A stretch of DNA of 64,000 nt from contig JBEKDT010000005.1 of NCBI GenBank assembly GCA_050014195.1, positions 32,001 through 96,000 of the forward strand. The letters run 5' to 3'. The notes under the pieces were generated by a model. It saw only the letters and a list, made by a program, of their open reading frames with translations. It did not search any database and had not been told where the DNA came from. Source of the DNA: Desulfomonilia bacterium. GTDB lineage: Bacteria > Desulfobacterota > Desulfomonilia > UBA1062. A program made the position numbers and the translations under genes. Below are positions 52,701 through 64,000 of this stretch, piece after piece. The first letter of the stretch is position 1, and each line of letters begins with the position of its first letter.

Positions 52701-53822
52701 ATGGACTCAAAGCTACCCACCGTGGCCATTATCGATGATGATGTAACCTCTGCGATCATCCTTGAAAGCATGCTCAGAAAGGATGGCATCCGCGCCATCA
52801 AGGCATCCGGAGGCATAGCAGGGAGGGAGCTTGTGAAGACAGATATGCCCGATCTGGTCCTTCTCGATATATTCATGCCGGATGAAAACGGTTTCGACAC
52901 CTGCCGGAAACTCAAGGATGATCCTGTTACTGCCGAGATCCCAATTATTTTCATGACCTCTCAATCGGACATCCAATCAAAGGTCTCGGGTTTTGACCTG
53001 GGAGCGGTGGATTATATCACCAAACCCTACATGCCTGCCGAGGTGCTGGGACGGGTACGGGTCCACATCCGTCTGCGCAACGCCATGGCCGCATTCATCG
53101 AATCGCAGATCGCCAGGCTGAAGCAATTGACTATCGCTCAGCAGTCGATCCTGCCCTCCCCTGCAGACTATCCGGAGGCAGGGTTCGATGTGTTTTACCG
53201 GAGCGCCCATGAGGCAGGGGGTGACTTTTACGATGTCCTGCTCGCAGGCGTGGAGGTCTTCGATTATGTTGTCGCCGATGTCAGCGGCCATGACCTCGGC
53301 TCTTCATTGGCCACATCTGCGCTTAAGGCCCTTATCCACCAGGGCCGTGCGACATTCTCACCGCCCATGGAAACCTTGAGAATGGTGAATAACGTCCTTG
53401 CTTCCGCATTTCCTGAAGAGATCTACGTGACCCTGGCCTATGCAAGGCTGAACCGTCAGCGTCGGAGTATGACCATAATCAACGCAGGGCATCCGCCGGG
53501 AATACTCATAAACGCTGCCGGCGAGATGACACTGCTGCCCTGGGCCGGCGATGTCCTCGGGGCATTCGAGCTCATCACCCTCACTGCCCATGAGGTGCCT
53601 GTCGTGAAGGGCGACAGAATCCTGATGTATACCGACGGGTTGATCGAAATTGAAGGATCTGAGCCGATATCGCGTCAGCAAGGCATGGAACGGCTCATTG
53701 CACTGTGCAACAAAACCCGCATGCTTTCTTTGAAGGATATGGTTGCGACCATCACGGAGGAGATCATTGGACAAAATGGCTCCCCCCCGGATGATATCCT
53801 GCTCCTTGGTGTCGAGGTGTAA
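52701..53822 (+). CDS. REC-SpoIIE (PP2C) phosphatase, RsbU/RsbP-like
   Basis: REC followed by GGDFYD, ADVSGH, YTDGL and DDI motifs. Confidence 0.93.
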   Translation: MDSKLPTVAIIDDDVTSAIILESMLRKDGIRAIKASGGIAGRELVKTDMPDLVLLDIFMPDENGFDTCRKLKDDPVTAEIPIIFMTSQSDIQSKVSGFDLGAVDYITKPYMPAEVLGRVRVHIRLRNAMAAFIESQIARLKQLTIAQQSILPSPADYPEAGFDVFYRSAHEAGGDFYDVLLAGVEVFDYVVADVSGHDLGSSLATSALKALIHQGRATFSPPMETLRMVNNVLASAFPEEIYVTLAYARLNRQRRSMTIINAGHPPGILINAAGEMTLLPWAGDVLGAFELITLTAHEVPVVKGDRILMYTDGLIEIEGSEPISRQQGMERLIALCNKTRMLSLKDMVATITEEIIGQNGSPPDDILLLGVEV

Positions 53823-54256
53823 TGATGCCGGGCAGACAGTGGCGGAATACCAGCATCCGACGGACGTATCCATCAACGGTGGAGAATGTTGATGACTTTT
53901 GTGCCGAGATCACACAGGCCATGAGAGAGCACGGCCTGACGAATGACATCTTCGCCGTTGAGCTGCTTGCACGGGAGGCCATGACCAATGCCATACTCCA
54001 CGGTAATGATTGTCAAGAGGACAAGAGAGTATGCATCATGTTCAGGATAATAAAAGATATGGTCATCATCCGCGTCACCGATGAAGGAAAGGGCTTCGAC
54101 TGGCTCTCTATGCCCTGCTGCGCACCTGACTCTGCGAAGGCCTCGGGGCGAGGACTGAAGATCTACTCGATGTATGCCTCGCGGATCGCATTCAGCCGCA
54201 GGGGAAACAGCGTCATCTTATCGAGGAGAATAAGCAAGAGGAAAACAGATGGCTGA
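53822..54256 (+). CDS. Anti-sigma factor / Ser kinase, RsbW-like
   Basis: EAMTNAILHGN, DEGKGF and GRGL motifs. Confidence 0.9.
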   Translation: MMPGRQWRNTSIRRTYPSTVENVDDFCAEITQAMREHGLTNDIFAVELLAREAMTNAILHGNDCQEDKRVCIMFRIIKDMVIIRVTDEGKGFDWLSMPCCAPDSAKASGRGLKIYSMYASRIAFSRRGNSVILSRRISKRKTDG

Positions 54257-54560
54257 ATTAGAGATTACGAAACACGACAGCAGTGCCACAATAAGGCCCG
54301 TGAAGAACATCGTTTCGTCCACGGTTCCGGATATACGTTCGGAGATAAAAGCTCTCATTGCCGAGGGGGTAAAGGACATCGTGATCGATCTGGGAATGGT
54401 GGAGATTATGGACTCCATGGGGATCGGGCTATTCATCTCCGCGCATAACTCCCTTTTGAGGGCTGGTGGAAAGATAGTGGTAATCAATGCATCTAAGGAC
54501 CTGCTCGACATATTCAAGGCCATGAGACTCGACCAGCACTTCAACATTTCCGGATCATAA
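54249..54560 (+). CDS. STAS anti-anti-sigma factor
   Basis: IDLGMVEIMDSMGIG containing the phosphorylatable Ser. Confidence 0.92.
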   Translation: MAELEITKHDSSATIRPVKNIVSSTVPDIRSEIKALIAEGVKDIVIDLGMVEIMDSMGIGLFISAHNSLLRAGGKIVVINASKDLLDIFKAMRLDQHFNISGS

Positions 54561-54565
54561 AGGGG

Positions 54566-57500
54566 GTGGATTTTATGGGTGCAGCTGACGATTCAGTTCT
54601 CAGTGAATACATAACAGAGTCAAGAGAGCATCTGGCCGACATTGAGAGCGACCTCTTGACCATGGAGAGTATGGGTGCTCAGATAGATGAGGCCCTGGTG
54701 AACAAGGTCTTCAGGGCCGCTCACTCCATCAAAGGAGGAGCCGGCTTCTTGGGCCTCCCCAAGATCCAGGAGCTCGCCCACAAGATAGAGAACAACCTTG
54801 ACATGATTAGATCCCGGGAGATGGTTCCCAACCCCGAGGTGATCAATATTCTGCTCATCGCCTTTGACAAGCTCAAGGCTATGCTCGACAACCACGAACA
54901 GAGCACCCAGGAAGACATCACAGACCTCGTCGTGTCCCTGACAGGCCTGGCTTCCACCCATCTGCCGCCTGAGCAAAAGGCCTCGCTCACCACAGAGGTC
55001 AAGCTCGCGGATCTCGGATATCAGACCTTGATCAAGGTCTCGGAATTCGAGCTACAGCACGCCCGTATGGGCGGCAACTACATCTATCTTGTCGAATACG
55101 ATCTCATACACGATGTACACCGGCTGGGCAAGACACCGCTATCCCTCATTAAGAACCTCGAGTCGGGCGGGACTATCTTAGATTGTGCACTCGATTTTCA
55201 GACAGTCGGAACGCTCGACGACGAACCGATGTCATCCATTCCGTTCCACGTACTCTATGCCACCATCATGGACCAATCCCTCGCGCAGGTCTTTTTCGAG
55301 GTGCCTCAGGAAAAGATCCACCTTATCGATGACCGGGCAGAGGCTACAAAGCCAGCTGCAGCTGCGCCTACCGCAGATGCGGCCCCGAACATTATCCCCC
55401 CTGAGGCACCCAAGGCTCAGGTCGTACAACCCCTGGCCGCACAGGCACAGACCGGACAGTCTCAAGCCTCTCCTCAGCAAGGTCAGACAGGGGCGGTGGA
55501 GACCACGCTCAGGGTCGGTGTCGGCCTGCTCGAGCAGCTCATGACTTTAGCCGGAGAGCTGGTCCTGAGCCGTAACCAGCTCGTGGAGGCCATTGCGAAG
55601 AGCGACCAGCGGCTGATCCACGCAAGCTCCCAGCACATAAACCTCGTCACCTCGGAGCTCCAGGAGACCATCATGCTCACGCGCATGCAGCCCGTGGGCA
55701 ACGTCCTGAACAAGTTTCCGCGAGTGGTGCGGGACATGGCGCGCGGACTCGGCAAGGAGATCAGGCTGGAGATCACGGGCCAAGACACGGAGATGGACAA
55801 GACCCTCATCGAAGGGCTGTCGGACCCGCTCACCCACATGGTGCGCAATGCCGTGGACCATGGGATCGAACCTGCAGATGAGCGTTTGCAGGCCGGCAAG
55901 GACCATACCGGCACCATCCGCATCAAGGCATCCCATGAGGCCGGCCAGGTGGTGATCACCATTGCCGATGACGGCAAGGGGATTGATCCTGAGAAGATCG
56001 CCTCAGCGGCAATAAATAAAGGGCTCATTACTCCGGATGCGGTAAAGACCATGTCGGACAAGGAGAAGATGGCCCTGGTCTTTCTGCCCGGCCTCTCCAC
56101 TGCCCAGAAGGTGAGCGACATCTCAGGCAGGGGGGTTGGTATGGATGTGGTCAAGACCAACCTGGACAAGCTGGGAGGCAAGGCGGAGATCACATCGGAA
56201 AAGGGTAAGGGAACAACATTCACCATCAAGCTGCCGCTGACCCTTGCCATTATCCCGTCTCTCCTCATGTCTATAGGGACGGAACGCTACTCCATCCCCC
56301 AGGTGAGCGTGTCAGAACTGATCCGTATCCCTGCGGAACAGGTCAAGAAGAGAATCGAGGTCGTCGGATCTTCTGAGGTACTCCTGCTGCGTGGCAACCT
56401 CATCCCAATCATCCGCCTCGCAGATGCACTCGGGGTAAAGCGCACCTATTGCAATGGAAACGGTGTGTTTAAACAGGACAGGCGTGAGCGGATCGCAGAC
56501 CGCAGATCCCCCCACTACGCCCTGACAGAGACATCTCACGGCGATGATGCCCATGATGACAATAGAAACGGAAGAACGGACAACCAGAGACGCTGGCATG
56601 CCGGAAGCGATCTGAATATCGTGGTGGTAGACACCGGGACCATGCAGTACGGCCTGGTTGTCGACGAACTCCATGACACCTCCGAGATTGTGGTCAAGCC
56701 CATCGGCAGGCATCTCAATCACTTGCATGAATATGCCGGGACTACCATCCTGGGCGACGGGCAAGTGGCGCTTATCCTTGATGTGTCGGGCCTGGCGGTC
56801 ATGTCGGGGCTCACGTCGGTCTCAGGCTCGGCCAGGTCCCAGGAACTGGCCATTCAGGCCGATGCCGAGCAGCTCCAGGATATGCACACCTTCCTCACCT
56901 TCCGAAATTCTCCAAAGGAAGTCTGTGCCGTCCCTCTGGAGCTTGTTTCTCGTATTGAACAGATCGACCGGTCACAGGTGGAAACCATCGGAAACAAGCG
57001 GACCATGCAGTACCGCGGTGCCAGCCTGCCCCTTGTAACGCTCCATGATGCAGCACAAGTAAACGAAATCGCCCCGGATCAGCCTTTGGTGGTCATTGTC
57101 TTTACCATCGGCGGCCGCGAGGTCGGCCTGTTGGCAGCCATGCCAGTGGACGTGGTTGAAACCAATGCTGTAATAGATCAGGTCACGCTCCGGCAGAAGG
57201 GGGTCATGGGTTCTGCCATCATCAAGGGCGACACTATAATGATCTTAGATATATTCGATCTCATGGATGCCATACACCCCGAATGGATAGATGAACGCAG
57301 GCGGGATCGCCCCGCATCCGAAGGGGTCACCATCCTCCTGGCCGAGGACTCGGACTTCTTCCGCAACCAGGTAAAAAAGTTCATAGAGTCGGACGGATAC
57401 AATGTTATGGCCGCTGAGGACGGCCAGGCTGCATGGGAGCTCCTCCAGAAGAACCCCGACAAGGTATCACTGGTGGTCACTGACGTGGAGATGCCGCGGC

Positions 57501-57721
57501 TGACCGGCTTGGGCCTGACCCAGAACATCCGGGCCGACAAGCGCTTCGACAAGCTGCCGATCATTGCACTCTCCTCATTGGCCAGCGAGGATGACATGGC
57601 ACGTGGCAAGGCCGCCGGGGTGAACGACTACCAGATCAAACTTGACAAAGAAAACCTGCTCACGGGAATCCGGCGGTTCCTGGATCAATCCGCTGGGCTT
57701 AATGCTGATACAGATAAATAG
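54566..57721 (+). CDS. cheA: Hybrid CheA: Hpt, dimerisation, HATPase, 2 CheW, REC
   Basis: [19 protein letters not shown] and [10 protein letters not shown] motifs; C-terminal REC. Alternative start at the ATG at 54575. Confidence 0.95.
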   Translation: MDFMGAADDSVLSEYITESREHLADIESDLLTMESMGAQIDEALVNKVFRAAHSIKGGAGFLGLPKIQELAHKIENNLDMIRSREMVPNPEVINILLIAFDKLKAMLDNHEQSTQEDITDLVVSLTGLASTHLPPEQKASLTTEVKLADLGYQTLIKVSEFELQHARMGGNYIYLVEYDLIHDVHRLGKTPLSLIKNLESGGTILDCALDFQTVGTLDDEPMSSIPFHVLYATIMDQSLAQVFFEVPQEKIHLIDDRAEATKPAAAAPTADAAPNIIPPEAPKAQVVQPLAAQAQTGQSQASPQQGQTGAVETTLRVGVGLLEQLMTLAGELVLSRNQLVEAIAKSDQRLIHASSQHINLVTSELQETIMLTRMQPVGNVLNKFPRVVRDMARGLGKEIRLEITGQDTEMDKTLIEGLSDPLTHMVRNAVDHGIEPADERLQAGKDHTGTIRIKASHEAGQVVITIADDGKGIDPEKIASAAINKGLITPDAVKTMSDKEKMALVFLPGLSTAQKVSDISGRGVGMDVVKTNLDKLGGKAEITSEKGKGTTFTIKLPLTLAIIPSLLMSIGTERYSIPQVSVSELIRIPAEQVKKRIEVVGSSEVLLLRGNLIPIIRLADALGVKRTYCNGNGVFKQDRRERIADRRSPHYALTETSHGDDAHDDNRNGRTDNQRRWHAGSDLNIVVVDTGTMQYGLVVDELHDTSEIVVKPIGRHLNHLHEYAGTTILGDGQVALILDVSGLAVMSGLTSVSGSARSQELAIQADAEQLQDMHTFLTFRNSPKEVCAVPLELVSRIEQIDRSQVETIGNKRTMQYRGASLPLVTLHDAAQVNEIAPDQPLVVIVFTIGGREVGLLAAMPVDVVETNAVIDQVTLRQKGVMGSAIIKGDTIMILDIFDLMDAIHPEWIDERRRDRPASEGVTILLAEDSDFFRNQVKKFIESDGYNVMAAEDGQAAWELLQKNPDKVSLVVTDVEMPRLTGLGLTQNIRADKRFDKLPIIALSSLASEDDMARGKAAGVNDYQIKLDKENLLTGIRRFLDQSAGLNADTDK

Positions 57722-57740
57722 TAAGGAAAGGAGAGAGGGT

Positions 57741-59417
57741 ATGAGTATACTGACGAACATGAAGGTGGGCAAGCGTCTGCTATTGGGATTCACCGCAGTG
57801 TTGATCCTCCTGGTAATCGGTACCGCTGTGGGCATATGGGGGATAAGCAACATGAACAAAAGAATGGATGATGCCATTGAGGAAGGTCGCAAGATGGCCA
57901 TGGCCGGTGATATGAAGGCTGCCATTGAAGAGATCCTGTTTAATATCCCACAGGTCATCATCGCTCCTGAAAAAGCTGCCAAACAGGAAAATCTCGATAG
58001 AATCAAGATCCTGCGGGAAAAATACAAGAAGGACTTGGAGGAGCTCAAGACCTCTGCAAAGACCGAGGAGGGCAAGCAACTCCTGGCAGGTATAGAAGAT
58101 TCGATTGTCAGGGCCAGGGAGTCCGACAACAAGATGCTCGACCTGGGCATGGCCGGTAACACCAAGGAAGCCTTAGCACTCTTTAGCGAGAAAGGCGGAC
58201 AGAACTTTGCAAGTATGATGGCAACTCTCGATAAATACGTGGAGTGGAGGCAGAAGAGCATCAATGATCTTGCTACTGCAACAGAGTCTCTCAGAAAAAC
58301 ACTCATATCACTCATGGTCGTCTTCGGTGCCCTGGCCATAGGGCTCGCCGCAGTAATCGGGGTCATAACCAGCCGCAGTATCACCAAGCCCATCGAAACA
58401 GCCAGTGCCCACCTTGATGAGATAGCCAAAGGCGACTTCTCTATCGCTATCTCTGAAAATGCTCTGGCACGTCAGGATGAACTCGGGAAAATAGCACGTT
58501 CCATGCACAACCTGAACCAAAGTGTGGGCCGGATGATCAAGGATGTCAGTCAGGGTGTAACCACGCTGGCATCTGCATCCACCGAGCTCTCTGCCATTTC
58601 CAGCCAGATGACGGACGGCGTCGGCAGGACATCCATGCAGGCCAACTCAGTATCTACCGCAGCAGAAGAAATGAGCACGAACGTGGTATCGGTGGCCGCC
58701 GGCATGGAGCAGGCTACGGCCAGCCTCACCATGGTGGCAACGGCCACGGAGGAGATGACCTCCACCATTGCAGAGATCGCAGGCAACTCCGAGAAGGCGC
58801 GGTCCACAACCAATGAGGCCGTTGCGCATGCGACACGAGTATCAGACATGATCAGTAAGCTGGGCCAGGCAGCGCAGGAGATCGGCAAGGTGACAGAGAC
58901 CATCACGAGCATCTCTGCCCAGACAAACCTTCTTGCTCTAAACGCCACTATCGAGGCAGCTAGGGCAGGTGCTGCAGGCAAGGGCTTTGCCGTTGTAGCC
59001 GGTGAGATCAAAGAGCTTGCCCAGCAGACCTCAGGGGCCACTGAGGACATCAAAAACAAGATCGCAGCTATCCAGTCCTCCACCGCCGAGACCATAGGGG
59101 ACATCGAGGCGATCACAAAAGTGATCAGCGAGGTGAGCGAAATCGTCACGACTATTGCAGGCGCCATCGAGGAGCAGTCCGTGGTCACCAAGGACATTGC
59201 CCGTAATATTGCCCAGGCGACCATGGGTGTGAAAGACGCCAATGACCGGGTGGCGCAAAGCTCGAGTGTCACCAAGGACATCGCAAGGGAGATCTCGGGG
59301 GTCAATCAGGCGGCCTCGGACATGACCAATGCGAGCTCCCAGGTCCAGTCCAGCGCTGCCGAGCTTTCACAGCTGGCCGAGCAGCTCAGGGAGATGGTGG
59401 GAAAATTCAAGGTCTGA
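57741..59417 (+). CDS. Methyl-accepting chemotaxis protein (periplasmic helical sensor, HAMP)
   Basis: Two TM segments; [17 protein letters not shown] signalling tip; RBS before the ATG at 57741. Confidence 0.95.
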   Translation: MSILTNMKVGKRLLLGFTAVLILLVIGTAVGIWGISNMNKRMDDAIEEGRKMAMAGDMKAAIEEILFNIPQVIIAPEKAAKQENLDRIKILREKYKKDLEELKTSAKTEEGKQLLAGIEDSIVRARESDNKMLDLGMAGNTKEALALFSEKGGQNFASMMATLDKYVEWRQKSINDLATATESLRKTLISLMVVFGALAIGLAAVIGVITSRSITKPIETASAHLDEIAKGDFSIAISENALARQDELGKIARSMHNLNQSVGRMIKDVSQGVTTLASASTELSAISSQMTDGVGRTSMQANSVSTAAEEMSTNVVSVAAGMEQATASLTMVATATEEMTSTIAEIAGNSEKARSTTNEAVAHATRVSDMISKLGQAAQEIGKVTETITSISAQTNLLALNATIEAARAGAAGKGFAVVAGEIKELAQQTSGATEDIKNKIAAIQSSTAETIGDIEAITKVISEVSEIVTTIAGAIEEQSVVTKDIARNIAQATMGVKDANDRVAQSSSVTKDIAREISGVNQAASDMTNASSQVQSSAAELSQLAEQLREMVGKFKV

Positions 59418-59460
59418 TAGTAAAGCCTGCGGTTACATCGCAGATAAGAGGTAAAAGTTC

Positions 59461-59919
59461 ATGACAGCTCATGCTGTGCAGAAAGATGCCCAGGGGGTTC
59501 TCATAACCACGTTCTCTCTTTCCGGTACCATGTTCGGGATGGATGCAATGCGCATCCAGGAGATCGTCGGCGTAGGGGAGATTACACAGGTCCATCACGC
59601 ACCTGAGTTCATCGTGGGGCTCATGAATCTCAGAGGCAAGATCGTCACTATAATCGATCTGGCAAAGAGGCTCGATCTGGCCAGCCAGGAGATTAAGCAG
59701 GACAACCGCGTCCTCATTGTGGAATGGATGGGGGAATATCTGGGGCTCCTTGTGGAGAATGTCTTCGATGTCATCCATCCTGACCCCGATGGTGTCTCAC
59801 CGCCTCCCGAGAACATACAGGAGGCACAGGGAAAGTATATAGAGCGGATGTACCAGGACGGCAAGAGACTCATCACCATTCTGGATGTGGATACCGTCCT
59901 GACGGAAGAAGAACAGTAA
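59461..59919 (+). CDS. cheW: Chemotaxis coupling protein CheW
   Basis: GLMNLRGKIVTIIDL and GLLVE motifs. Confidence 0.93.
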   Translation: MTAHAVQKDAQGVLITTFSLSGTMFGMDAMRIQEIVGVGEITQVHHAPEFIVGLMNLRGKIVTIIDLAKRLDLASQEIKQDNRVLIVEWMGEYLGLLVENVFDVIHPDPDGVSPPPENIQEAQGKYIERMYQDGKRLITILDVDTVLTEEEQ

Positions 59920-59931
59920 GGACGCACTTGC

Positions 59932-61038
59932 ATGAAGGTCCTGGTCGTCGACGATACGGTCGTGTACCGTAAGATGGTAAGTGATGCCCTTGCAACCCTA
60001 CCGGGGGTGGAGGTTGTGGGGTCTGCTGCTAATGGCAAGATCGCCCTGGCACTGATCTTAGAGCTGAAACCCGACCTTGTAACCCTGGATATCGAGATGC
60101 CCGAGATGAACGGGATCGAGGTCTTAGAGGCCATACGGGACAGGGAGATCAGCGTGGGGATCATTGTCCTTTCCGCCCTTACCCTGAAGGGGGGTAAGCT
60201 GACCATAAAGGCCCTGGAACTCGGTGCCTTTGACTTCATCACAAAACCTGCAAAAGCGAACATGGAAGAAAGTCTCAAGGTACTCAAGGAGTCCCTTGCA
60301 CCGTTGATCCGGGCATATGCACAAAGAAAAGAAGTCCGGACAATCCTTTCAGGCAAGGCAGTGCCTGCCGCACCTCCCCCACCCTTGGCCACGCCGGAGA
60401 GACCGGGGGTCGAGACCGTCGCCAGCCGCATGCAGGCCATTGCCCGCGCATCGAAACCCGAGCTCGTGGCCATCGGTATCTCCACCGGGGGACCCAACGC
60501 ACTGGCGGAGATGCTCCCCAAGCTCCCTGCCAAACTGGGTGTTCCCATTCTCATTGTACAACACATGCCGGTCCTTTTTACCCAGTCGCTCGCTGAAAGT
60601 CTTAATAATAAATGCCCATTCACGGTCAAAGAGGCGAAAGATAATGAGTTCATCATTCCCAATACCGTCTACATAGCGCCGGGCGGGAGTCAGATGAAAC
60701 TTCTTAAGAGTCCCGGAGGGGACAAGCTCATCAACATTACCGATGACCCTCCTGAAAACCATTGCAAGCCCTCTGTCGATTACCTCTTCAGGTCGCTGGC
60801 GCATAATTTCCCGGGCAAGTCCTTAGGTGTCATCATGACCGGCATGGGCAACGACGGGGTTATGGGGTTGAGGCTCATGAAGCGCCACGGAGGCATCGTC
60901 ATCGCCCAGGACGAAACGACCTGTACGGTATTCGGCATGCCGAAAGAGGCCATTACCGCCGGGGTGGTGGACATTGTATCTCCCCTTCATGAACTAGCAG
61001 GGGTGATAACCAAGGCCGTCAGAGGATATCCCGCGTGA
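59932..61038 (+). CDS. cheB: Chemotaxis methylesterase CheB
   Basis: REC plus ISTGG, QHM, PSVD and TGMGNDG motifs. Confidence 0.95.
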   Translation: MKVLVVDDTVVYRKMVSDALATLPGVEVVGSAANGKIALALILELKPDLVTLDIEMPEMNGIEVLEAIRDREISVGIIVLSALTLKGGKLTIKALELGAFDFITKPAKANMEESLKVLKESLAPLIRAYAQRKEVRTILSGKAVPAAPPPPLATPERPGVETVASRMQAIARASKPELVAIGISTGGPNALAEMLPKLPAKLGVPILIVQHMPVLFTQSLAESLNNKCPFTVKEAKDNEFIIPNTVYIAPGGSQMKLLKSPGGDKLINITDDPPENHCKPSVDYLFRSLAHNFPGKSLGVIMTGMGNDGVMGLRLMKRHGGIVIAQDETTCTVFGMPKEAITAGVVDIVSPLHELAGVITKAVRGYPA

Positions 61039-61874
61039 GCATCCTTCCCGATGAGGTCAAGGCCATTTCCCAGTACATCTATACCCTCTCGGGGATATCA
61101 CTGGACGCTTCGAAGGGGTACCTCATCGAGAGCAGGCTCGCTCCATTGCTCAAGGAGACCGGGCTCAGCTCATACAGCGAGCTCTATTTCAAGTCAAAGT
61201 CCGATCCTACCAAGACCTTGCAACGGAAGATCCTTGATGCCATCACCACTGGGGAGACATCCTTTTTTCGCGACACCTCCCCATTCGAGCTCCTCCAGCA
61301 CAAGATCCTCCCCGATCTTATCGATAAGCGGGCCAAGACATCTGGCCGCCTAGGGCCTCTGTCCATAAGGATATGGAGCGCGGCATGCTCCACGGGCCAG
61401 GAGATCTATAGTATTGCCATCGTGCTCAAGGAGCTTTTAGGCGACACGGGCAATTATGCGCTCCGGCTGCTGGGCACCGACATCTCGGATCAAGCTGTGG
61501 CTACGGCCAGCCGCGGGGCTTTCAACGCAGTAGAGATCGAACGCGGTCTGCCCAAGGACAAGCTGACCAGATATTTCATACCCGAGGGCAGCATGTGGCG
61601 CATCAGGGACGAGATCCGGGCTATGGCCACCTTCAGGACCATAAACCTTATGGAAGACTTCAGGGGTCTGGGGAAGTTCGACATCGTGTTGTGCAGGAAC
61701 GTGGCCATCTATTTTACGGAAAAGGATCGCACCTCCGTGTTCACCCGCATCGGCCAAGTCTTGGAGCCGGACGGATTCCTCGTCATCGGCTCAACCGAGT
61801 CTCTCTCCGGCATCTGCCCGCAGTTCGAGCCAAAGCGCTATCTCCGCTCTGTTTTTTATCAACTGAAACCTTGA
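61035..61874 (+). CDS. cheR: Chemotaxis methyltransferase CheR
   Basis: ETSFFRD, WSAACSTGQE and CRNVAIYF motifs; no TPR extension. Confidence 0.95.
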   Translation: MSILPDEVKAISQYIYTLSGISLDASKGYLIESRLAPLLKETGLSSYSELYFKSKSDPTKTLQRKILDAITTGETSFFRDTSPFELLQHKILPDLIDKRAKTSGRLGPLSIRIWSAACSTGQEIYSIAIVLKELLGDTGNYALRLLGTDISDQAVATASRGAFNAVEIERGLPKDKLTRYFIPEGSMWRIRDEIRAMATFRTINLMEDFRGLGKFDIVLCRNVAIYFTEKDRTSVFTRIGQVLEPDGFLVIGSTESLSGICPQFEPKRYLRSVFYQLKP

Positions 61875-62000
61875 GAGTGTCTTTTTATTATTAATCATCT
61901 TGAACGCCATACCCATCCACCCTACTGTATTGAGAGCAAGATATGCTCTTGGTGGATAGGCGGAATCCTTGATGATCAAGTACGGATTCAGGAGAATGTG

Positions 62001-64000
62001 ATGAGCAATCGGCTCAGAGATGAGACAAGCCCTTATCTTCTCCAGCACGCCCAAAACCCTGTGGACTGGTTCCCCTGGGGTGAGGAGGCATTTGAGAAAG
62101 CACAGTCTCAAGATAAGCCAATCTTCCTCTCCATCGGCTATTCATCCTGCCACTGGTGTCATGTTATGGCCCATGAATGCTTTGAGGACGACGAGGTGGC
62201 TGCCCTCATGAACAATGCCTTCATATCCGTGAAGGTGGACCGCGAGGAGATGCCGCACATAGATAACATATACATGCAGGCCTGCCAGATCCTGACCGGC
62301 AGCGGCGGATGGCCGCTCACCGTCATCCTGACGCCCGACAGGCAGCCCTTTTTTGCTGCGACCTATCTTCCTAAAAATACGAGGCAAGGCCTCATTGGCA
62401 TGATGGAGCTGATCCCGCTTGTGGGCAAGCTCTGGCACGAAAAGCGCCACGAGGTCATCAGCGAGGCCTCCCGGATCAGTCGGTTCATCAGGCAATCGAC
62501 CGCCGTACGGCCGGGCGAAGGGCTGGACACCGGGCTCATTACCAAAACATATGCCGATCTCAAGGGCCGATTTTCTGGGGCCTATGGTGGGTTCGGACCT
62601 GCGCCGAAATTCCCCATGCCGCATAACATCATGTTCCTGTTGAGATATTTCATGCGGACACATGACCAGGATGCCCTGGACATGGCCGTCACAACACTAA
62701 CCTCCATGCGGTTAGGCGGCATCTATGACCACGTGGGATTCGGATTCCATCGCTATGCCACGGATGAGCACTGGCTTGTTCCCCACTTTGAGAAGATGCT
62801 CTACGACCAGGCCTTGCTCTCTATTGCCTATACGGAAGGCTACCAAGCGACCGGCAGGACGGATTTCAAAAAGACTGCAGATGAAATCATTACCTATGTC
62901 CTACGAGATATGCGCACACCCGAGGGGCTTTTTATCAGCGCACAGGACGCAGACAGCGAAGGCGGGGAAGGAAGATACTATGTGTGGACCACTTCAGAGA
63001 TAAAAGCCGAGCTTCTCGATGTCGATTACACGATTGCACGGGAGGCGTTTTCTCTCTTCGATGAGGGGAATTTCCCTGAGGGCATGGAGGCCGGGCTCAA
63101 CATCATACACATGGAGCATGATGAGGAACACCTTGCCGAACGGTTTAATCTCGAGAAAGAAGTCTTTGTTGAGAGATTAAATCTGATCCTGGAAAAGCTG
63201 CGCAAGGCGCGCTCAGCCAGGGCAGCACCTTCTAAAGACTTCAAGGCGCTCACTGACTGGAACGGCCTCATGATCGCAGCCCTTGCCAAGGCAGGAGCGG
63301 TTTTTGATAGACCCGAATATGTGGATGCAGCAAAGACAGCTGCGGACTTCATCCTGGGCAATATACTCGTGAATGGAAGTCTGAAGCATGTATACATGGC
63401 CGGTGCCGCACGTCTTGAAGGGGGTCTCGATGACTATGCCTTCCTCATCTGGGGGCTTATCGAGCTCTATGAGGCCTGCTTTGAGCAGAGATATCTCAGT
63501 GCGGCCATCAAACTGAATACCGCACTCACAGATAACTTCCGTGATGGCCTCAATGGGGGGTTCATGTCCACTCTTAAGACCGGCGATGTGCCTATAGCCC
63601 GTATAAAGACGGCTTATGACAACGCCGTACCGTCAGGCAACTCGGTGGCCATGCTCAACCTCCTGAGACTTGCAGGGCTCACAGGCGACCTGACACTTAA
63701 GGACTTGGCGCAAGAGACAGGCAAGGCCTTCTCCAACCTGGTAAGCCGCATCCCCTCGGCATATACCTTCATGATATGCGGCCTGGATTACCTGACAGGA
63801 CCGAGCTATGAGGTGGTCATAGCAGGCGACCCCGAACGCCAGGACACCCGCGACATGGTCCATGCCGTTCAAGGCCGGTTCCTGCCCCACATGACGGTGC
63901 GCCTCAAAAAAGGAGACAAGGACAGCGAAGAACCCCTGTTCAAGGACAAACACTCTCTTGAAGGCAAAGCCACGGCCTATGTATGCACAGGCTCATCCTG
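62001..64000 (+). CDS. Thioredoxin-domain protein, YyaL/SSP411 (DUF255) family, 3' end outside the window
   Basis: Not in the ORF track because it has no stop in the window. Begins [27 protein letters not shown], with CHWCHVM, GGWP and PHFEKMLYD motifs; AGGAG RBS. Confidence 0.93.
   Translation, partial: MSNRLRDETSPYLLQHAQNPVDWFPWGEEAFEKAQSQDKPIFLSIGYSSCHWCHVMAHECFEDDEVAALMNNAFISVKVDREEMPHIDNIYMQACQILTGSGGWPLTVILTPDRQPFFAATYLPKNTRQGLIGMMELIPLVGKLWHEKRHEVISEASRISRFIRQSTAVRPGEGLDTGLITKTYADLKGRFSGAYGGFGPAPKFPMPHNIMFLLRYFMRTHDQDALDMAVTTLTSMRLGGIYDHVGFGFHRYATDEHWLVPHFEKMLYDQALLSIAYTEGYQATGRTDFKKTADEIITYVLRDMRTPEGLFISAQDADSEGGEGRYYVWTTSEIKAELLDVDYTIAREAFSLFDEGNFPEGMEAGLNIIHMEHDEEHLAERFNLEKEVFVERLNLILEKLRKARSARAAPSKDFKALTDWNGLMIAALAKAGAVFDRPEYVDAAKTAADFILGNILVNGSLKHVYMAGAARLEGGLDDYAFLIWGLIELYEACFEQRYLSAAIKLNTALTDNFRDGLNGGFMSTLKTGDVPIARIKTAYDNAVPSGNSVAMLNLLRLAGLTGDLTLKDLAQETGKAFSNLVSRIPSAYTFMICGLDYLTGPSYEVVIAGDPERQDTRDMVHAVQGRFLPHMTVRLKKGDKDSEEPLFKDKHSLEGKATAYVCTGSS

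Noticed and set aside
62020-63953. Short ORFs listed at the window end
   Set aside because: Explained by the single long + strand YyaL-type gene starting at 62001.
1-64000. CRISPR arrays, tRNA/rRNA genes, intact IS elements, known riboswitches
   Set aside because: None recognised by eye; a covariance-model scan would be needed to exclude small RNAs.

Overview
Bacterial chromosomal segment. The gene content (many PAS hybrid kinases, Fe-S and molybdopterin proteins, two-domain RdgC-like protein, PEP-CTERM protein) suggests an anaerobic deltaproteobacterium (Desulfobacterota-like); this is inference. I found no rRNA, tRNA, CRISPR array or intact transposase. In order, the window holds: a partial small ribosomal protein Thx gene and hslO; an AT-rich envelope/signalling islet (lipoprotein, lipid A-type acyltransferase, apparently 5'-truncated PEP-CTERM gene, PilZ protein, 6-PAS hybrid kinase) with repeated sigma54-like motifs; a minus-strand run of Mo-oxidoreductase, thiol-dioxygenase-like cupin, DUF362 Fe-S protein, PHP-kinase fusion and uridine phosphorylase; GGDEF, dehydrogenase, hydrolase, MMPL and acyl-CoA ligase genes; a GH51 enzyme; a peptidoglycan-remodelling cluster; a metal permease pair facing a Cys-rich mini-protein; a methyltransferase plus NUDIX fusion; a large chemosensory and partner-switching locus; and a partial YyaL-type gene. 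The ORF track misses Thx, the 58-aa Cys-rich protein, a DUF72 fragment and the final gene. The best candidates for something undescribed are the PHP-kinase fusion cluster, the permease fusion with the Cys-rich protein, and the Che/partner-switch locus. All family calls come from motif recognition by eye, not database searches.
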